Shown here in pieces: positions 59,359-64,000 of a stretch of DNA of 64,000 bases; the first letter of the stretch is position 1, and each line of letters opens with the position of its first letter. The notes under the pieces are model-generated. The model searched no databases. It was not told the origin of the DNA and was given only the letters and a program-made list of their open reading frames with translations. A program made the position numbers and the translations under genes. The DNA comes from Planctomycetota bacterium (GTDB lineage Bacteria > Planctomycetota > SZUA-567 > H5-PLA8): assembly GCA_038227875.1 (NCBI GenBank), contig JBBRPR010000014.1:64001-128000 (forward strand), written 5' to 3'.

Positions 59359-60963
59359 ATGTGGAAACCTAAATCCTTACTGGCGGTCCTTATTCTGTCG
59401 CAGGCGTTTACGCTGACAGCCGCGGACGCCGACAAGCCAAAGTTGTTCGCGATGCCGGCCATGCCGCCGTTGGGCGCGAACAAGTGGTCGGCCGCGCCGG
59501 TCGTGGTGCCGCTGACGGTCGCCACCGATGCGGAGCTTCCCAAGACGGTGCCGGCTGCCGAGGCCGTGACGCTCAATGGCGAATTGCCGCTGCTTGATCC
59601 CAAAGGAAAACCGATCGTTGTGCGCCGCGACAAGGACGGCGGCGGCGTCGAGACCGGGCTGGGCATCGATTCCGGCGGACTGAACAATTTCTTCGTCAAG
59701 GTTCCCGCCTCCGACAAGCAGGGTCGCGTGATCACGTTCGATGTGCCGCGCGGCCCCGATCCGGCCACGCAGCGCGCGCGGACCGATCACTATCCGCTCC
59801 GGATTTTCGCCGCCGATGGCAACTGGTTTTATCAGCGATCCGGCGGGCTCAAAGGAACGTTTCTCACGCAGCCGGTCTTCGTGATCGATGCCAATACCAA
59901 CGGCCGTTTTGATGACATCGGCGTGGATCTGATCGTCATTGGCAAGGCCGATCCCGTTCCGCTCAGCGCCACCCTGACGCTCAATAATGTTGCCTATGCA
60001 GTGAAGCTCGACGCTGGCGGCGGCGGTCCGCTGACGTTCACGCCGGTGACCTATCCCGAGCCTCTGGCGAAAGGCATCGCCCATTTGAACGAGTGGCGTG
60101 AGCACCTCGGGCTGCCGCCGGTCAAGCTGCATGACGAGATGTGCCGCTGGGCCTCGAATCACGCGAACTTCCTGATCAAGAACAACGTCATGGGATTGGG
60201 CGAAGATCCGGCCATGCCGGGATACTCCAAGGAAGGGGCGTGGTGTGGCGGGCATTCGTGCGTCGTCGCCGGGCCCGCGGACCTGATCCTGGGCATCGAT
60301 GAGCTCACCGATTCGGTCTTTCATCGCATTCTCCTGCTCTCGCCGTACCTGACCGTCACGGGCATGGCGTGGGCACCGGCTGATCCAAACCAGAACGGCA
60401 GCGTTCCCGAGACCGTGATCGACGTGGGCACTACGGGTGACACGAGCATCGACTGGCTGCAGCCGATTGCCTGTCCGTACGATGGGCAGCTGAATGTAAA
60501 GCCGATGTGGAGCGGCCTGGAAAATCCCGGCCCGATTCAAGGCGCGCCGCCGCCGGGCGGTGTGGGTTTTCCAATCACGCTGACGTTTCCGTCCTACAAG
60601 GCTACCAAGACGTTTTCGTTGCGCGTGGAAGGCGGGCCCGATACCGACATGCCCAAGGACGTCATGAGCGAACTGCATGAGGACGGCAACGCGGCAATGA
60701 TTGAATGCTGGGTCAGCGATCCGCAGCATCCGGCTCAGCCAGCGGTCTTCGGCGACAACCTCGCCTCGGTGACGATTACTCCCAAGGAACCGCTGAAGCC
60801 CGACACCGTTTACAGTGTCACCGTGAATTGTTCTTGGCGCGGGAAGCCATTCAAGAAACAGTGGCGCTTTTCCACCGGCGCCGCAGCCCTGGTGCCTCCG
60901 GTGAAGCCTGACGCACAACCCGTCTACCGGCGCAACGGGCTGCCACCCGTTCCCAATCGTTAG
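59359..60963 (+). CDS. Secreted CAP/SCP-domain + Ig-like protein, paralog of 32453-33835
   Basis: Signal peptide from ATG 59359; DANTNGRFD; LNEWREHLGLPPV; VFHRILLL; PLKPDTVY..WRFST. Confidence 0.7.
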   Translation: MWKPKSLLAVLILSQAFTLTAADADKPKLFAMPAMPPLGANKWSAAPVVVPLTVATDAELPKTVPAAEAVTLNGELPLLDPKGKPIVVRRDKDGGGVETGLGIDSGGLNNFFVKVPASDKQGRVITFDVPRGPDPATQRARTDHYPLRIFAADGNWFYQRSGGLKGTFLTQPVFVIDANTNGRFDDIGVDLIVIGKADPVPLSATLTLNNVAYAVKLDAGGGGPLTFTPVTYPEPLAKGIAHLNEWREHLGLPPVKLHDEMCRWASNHANFLIKNNVMGLGEDPAMPGYSKEGAWCGGHSCVVAGPADLILGIDELTDSVFHRILLLSPYLTVTGMAWAPADPNQNGSVPETVIDVGTTGDTSIDWLQPIACPYDGQLNVKPMWSGLENPGPIQGAPPPGGVGFPITLTFPSYKATKTFSLRVEGGPDTDMPKDVMSELHEDGNAAMIECWVSDPQHPAQPAVFGDNLASVTITPKEPLKPDTVYSVTVNCSWRGKPFKKQWRFSTGAAALVPPVKPDAQPVYRRNGLPPVPNR

Positions 60964-60967
60964 GGCG

Positions 60968-62395
60968 CTAAGCTCCGCGCATCACTTCAACCTGCTTCAG
61001 CGCAAACGTCAGATCCTCTACCAGCGCCGTCGCGTCGGGATGGCGGCGCGCCGGATCTTTCGCCAGGCAGGTGTCGACAATGGAGGCTGTCGCGCTGGAG
61101 ACGTCCGGCCGGAATTTTCCCACGGGCGGGTGCGGCCTGTTGATGGTCTCGACGAAAATGTCGAATGGCGAGTCCGCCACGAACGGCAGCCGTCCGCAGA
61201 GCAGCAAATAGAGCGTCGCGCCGAAGCCGAAGATGTCCGCCGGTTTTCCGGCGCGGCGAGCGTCATGGATCTGCTCCGGCGCCATGAACCCGATCGTCCC
61301 CAGCGTCATGTTGCTCCCAGTCAAGCCTTCGCCGCCCTGCATTTCGTGCTTGGCCACGCCCAGGTCCGTGAGCTTCGCGCCGGAATAGCTCAGATCCAGA
61401 TGATCGGGCGTGTAGGGCACGAGGATGTTCTCGGGCTTGATGTCGCGATGGACGATGCCGCTTTCGTGCGCCTTGGCCAGTCCTTTCGCCGCCGACAGGC
61501 ACAACCGCAGCGCGTTCAGTTCGCTCAGGCCGATCTGGCCGTTTTGAATTTCCTGGATCAGGCAGGTGGTCGCGGACATGCCGTCGATGTACTCCATCAC
61601 CAGGTAGAGCAGCGAACCTTCCTGATCGATGTCGTAGACCTGGACGAGATGCGGCGAGTGAATCTGCGAGGCAATCTGCGCTTCGCGGTAAAAGCGCTCG
61701 GCCATGTTCATGTCGTCGCGGAAGAGCGCAGTGGAGACGACTTTCACCGCGACCTGGATTTTCGTGCGCGGATTATACCCGCGGTAGACCACGCCCATGC
61801 CGCCCTGGCCGATGCGCTGCAGCAGGATCACCTTGCCCAGCGTCGGCAGGGGGCGCCCGCGCTGCAGCACGCGCGCGGAGCCAATCAGCAGCGGATCGAA
61901 GGAGATCTCCGGCGTCTTGGGCATCAATTCCAGCGGCACATCCTGGTGTTCAAAGACCGGCGGGTCGTTCTTGGATACCGCGGCGACCAGCGTCGGACGT
62001 TCCGACGTTTGCGGCCGGGGCCGGAACGAGAGAATGCGTTCGGCCGCGTCGATGCGGCTTTTCAGTTCATCCAAAGCCACAGGTTTGCTTAAGAAAACGT
62101 CGGCCCCGGCGTCGATGCCGAGGATCAGATCCTGCGTTTCCTTCTTGCTGGTGAGCAGAATAATGTACACGTACTGCGACTTGGCGCTTTCGCGGATTTT
62201 GCGGCAGACATCCGGTCCATCCAGCCCCGGCATCATCCAATCCAGGATCACCAGCGCCGGTGGATCGTCGGACTGCAGAATCTTCAGCGCTTCCAGGCCG
62301 TCGCCGACGCTCGCCACGTCGTGCCCGCGCCGCGTCAGCGCGGTTTTCAGTACCAGCTGCGAGGTGGGATCGTCGTCGGCGACCAGGATTCTCAT
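60968..62395 (-). CDS. Response regulator receiver fused to a Hanks-type Ser/Thr protein kinase
   Basis: REC: ADDD, LDWMMP, LT, KP; kinase: GQGGMG, VAVK, HRDIKPEN, DLG, FMAPEQ. Confidence 0.9.
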   Translation of the reverse strand: MRILVADDDPTSQLVLKTALTRRGHDVASVGDGLEALKILQSDDPPALVILDWMMPGLDGPDVCRKIRESAKSQYVYIILLTSKKETQDLILGIDAGADVFLSKPVALDELKSRIDAAERILSFRPRPQTSERPTLVAAVSKNDPPVFEHQDVPLELMPKTPEISFDPLLIGSARVLQRGRPLPTLGKVILLQRIGQGGMGVVYRGYNPRTKIQVAVKVVSTALFRDDMNMAERFYREAQIASQIHSPHLVQVYDIDQEGSLLYLVMEYIDGMSATTCLIQEIQNGQIGLSELNALRLCLSAAKGLAKAHESGIVHRDIKPENILVPYTPDHLDLSYSGAKLTDLGVAKHEMQGGEGLTGSNMTLGTIGFMAPEQIHDARRAGKPADIFGFGATLYLLLCGRLPFVADSPFDIFVETINRPHPPVGKFRPDVSSATASIVDTCLAKDPARRHPDATALVEDLTFALKQVEVMRGA

Positions 62396-64000
62396 GCGGC
62401 GGGATCCTGCGCCAGCTTCAGCAACTCGGTGCGCAGCGCGGCGAGTTCCGTCTCCAGCTCCGCCGTGAGCGTTGCCGCCTGCTTCACATCGTTGTCGCGG
62501 CAGGCCGTCTCAAGGTGATAGGCCATCTGCCGCAGCCGCTCGCCGCCGACATTGCCCGACGCGCCTTTGATTGAATGCGCACAACGCTCGGCCGTCGACG
62601 TGTTGCCCGCGATCAGTGCGTCCTTCATGTTGGCGATGCGCTTGGGGACGTCGTCGAGGAAGACCTTGATCACCTCTTTCAGCAGCGCCCCGTCGCCGCC
62701 GACAATGCGCATGGCCGCGTCCAGATCGAAGACCGGCGCCGGAGTCTCCTGGGTTGTTTCGGCGGCAACAGTGGGTGTCGAGGACTTGGAATGCCGGCGG
62801 GGCAGGGCAGGGCGCCCCGCGGAGCGCGCAAGAATGTCGGCCAGCTGGGCCAGGCGCACCGGCTTGGCCAGGTAGTCGTCCATGCCGGCTTCCAGGCAGC
62901 GTTCGCGGTCGCCTTTCATCGCGTTGGCCGTCATCGCGACGATCGGTATCGGCGGCCGGCCCGAACTCTTCTCCAGTCGGCGGATTTCACGCGTCGCCGT
63001 GTAGCCATCCATCACCGGCATCTGGCAATCCATCAACACCACGTCAAAGGCTTCCGTGCGCACCGCATCCAGCGCTTCGCAGCCGTCGACGGAAATCGAG
63101 CAGGCACAGTTCAGTCGCTTGAGCATGCCCACCGCGACGGCGCGGTTGACGTCATTGTCTTCGACCAGCAGCACGCGCAGATTCAGCGCAGGGACATCGT
63201 TTTCGTCGCTCACGGCATCCTGTTCTCCCGACGAGTGGTGCGCGCCGCCTTCAAACGCGACGCGCCAGGCCGATTGCAGCGCGTCGAAGAGTTCCGACTG
63301 CCGCACGGGCTTGTGGAGCATCTCGACAATGCCGCTGGCGCGCAGCTGCTGCGGCGTGAAGGTTTCGCCCACGGACGAGAGCATCACCAGCACGGTCTTG
63401 GCGATCTTTGGATCGGCCTTGATCTTCTGCGCCAGCGTCTCGCCGTTCATGTTCGGCATCTGGTAATCCAGCAGCGCCACGGCGTATTCTTCGCCGGCCT
63501 CCGCCGCGCGGCGCAGTTCCTCCAGCGCCGCCTGGCCATGTTCGACCGCCTTTACCGGCACCTGCCAGACGGAAAGCTGTTCCTGCACCACCATGCGGTT
63601 GACGGCATTGTCGTCGACCACCAGGCAGCGCGCACGCAGGGCGTACTGGGTCATCGTGGTGACGGAGAGTTCCTCCTTCTTCTCGCTTTCAGGCAGCGGC
63701 ACTTCCAGGGTAAAGACGGTGCCCTTGCCGATGACGCTGGACACCGACAGCGTCCCGCCCATCATTTCCACGAGATTCTTCGAGATCGCCAGGCCCAGTC
63801 CGGTGCCGCCAAACTGCCGCGTCGTCGACGAGTCGGCCTGCGAGAATTTCTGGAACAGGCGCGAGCGGTATTCGTCGCTGATCCCGATGCCCGTGTCTTC
63901 CACAGTCATGTGCATCACCGCGCGTCCATTGACCCGCTCGTGGCAGGCGACGGAAATCAGCACGTGCCCTTCCTGCGTGAACTTCACCGCGTTGCTGGCC
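62392..64000 (-). CDS. Hybrid sensor histidine kinase (HATPase-REC-REC-HPt), 5' partial
   Basis: NAVKFT N-box at the window edge, DTGIG, GGTGLGL, two receivers (LDYQMP, MDCQMP), HPt AHSIKGAS; ATGA overlap with the REC-kinase gene. Confidence 0.92.
   Translation of the reverse strand, partial: ASNAVKFTQEGHVLISVACHERVNGRAVMHMTVEDTGIGISDEYRSRLFQKFSQADSSTTRQFGGTGLGLAISKNLVEMMGGTLSVSSVIGKGTVFTLEVPLPESEKKEELSVTTMTQYALRARCLVVDDNAVNRMVVQEQLSVWQVPVKAVEHGQAALEELRRAAEAGEEYAVALLDYQMPNMNGETLAQKIKADPKIAKTVLVMLSSVGETFTPQQLRASGIVEMLHKPVRQSELFDALQSAWRVAFEGGAHHSSGEQDAVSDENDVPALNLRVLLVEDNDVNRAVAVGMLKRLNCACSISVDGCEALDAVRTEAFDVVLMDCQMPVMDGYTATREIRRLEKSSGRPPIPIVAMTANAMKGDRERCLEAGMDDYLAKPVRLAQLADILARSAGRPALPRRHSKSSTPTVAAETTQETPAPVFDLDAAMRIVGGDGALLKEVIKVFLDDVPKRIANMKDALIAGNTSTAERCAHSIKGASGNVGGERLRQMAYHLETACRDNDVKQAATLTAELETELAALRTELLKLAQDPAA

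Noticed and set aside
1..64000. tRNA, rRNA, transposase, integrase or prophage genes
   Set aside because: None recognised by eye; short structured RNAs could be missed without a covariance-model search

Overview
High-GC bacterial chromosomal window. Features such as a membrane-anchored ECF sigma fusion, a PQQ-type beta-propeller lipoprotein, a DLG-type Ser/Thr kinase, a PKD/Ig surface protein and several PhyH dioxygenases suggest Planctomycetota (inference). Main content, in order: a partial ECF sigma-TM-HEAT gene missing from the ORF track; an orphan ParB-like gene whose N-terminus is a 24-bp repeat array; a ~2100-aa Ig/PKD surface protein; a group 3b [NiFe]-hydrogenase operon (hydB-cNMP-hydG-hydD-hydA) that embeds an acetate-CoA ligase/GNAT gene and continues protease-hypA(zinc-finger-less)-hypFCDE with no hypB, converging on pfkA; an accessory HEAT/secreted/YiiX/YjfB-like block with a duplicated 3' end; AraC/GntR catabolic clusters (GH1, three PhyH, DUF1445, Gfo/Idh/MocA, SDR, a frameshifted MFS); a TM-CysE-TrpC fusion followed by larC; a ClC-CBS channel; two paralogous CAP-domain proteins; and a hybrid histidine kinase coupled to a REC-Ser/Thr kinase. 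I recognised no rRNA, tRNA, CRISPR array or intact transposase. All calls come from reading motifs by eye; no database searches were run.
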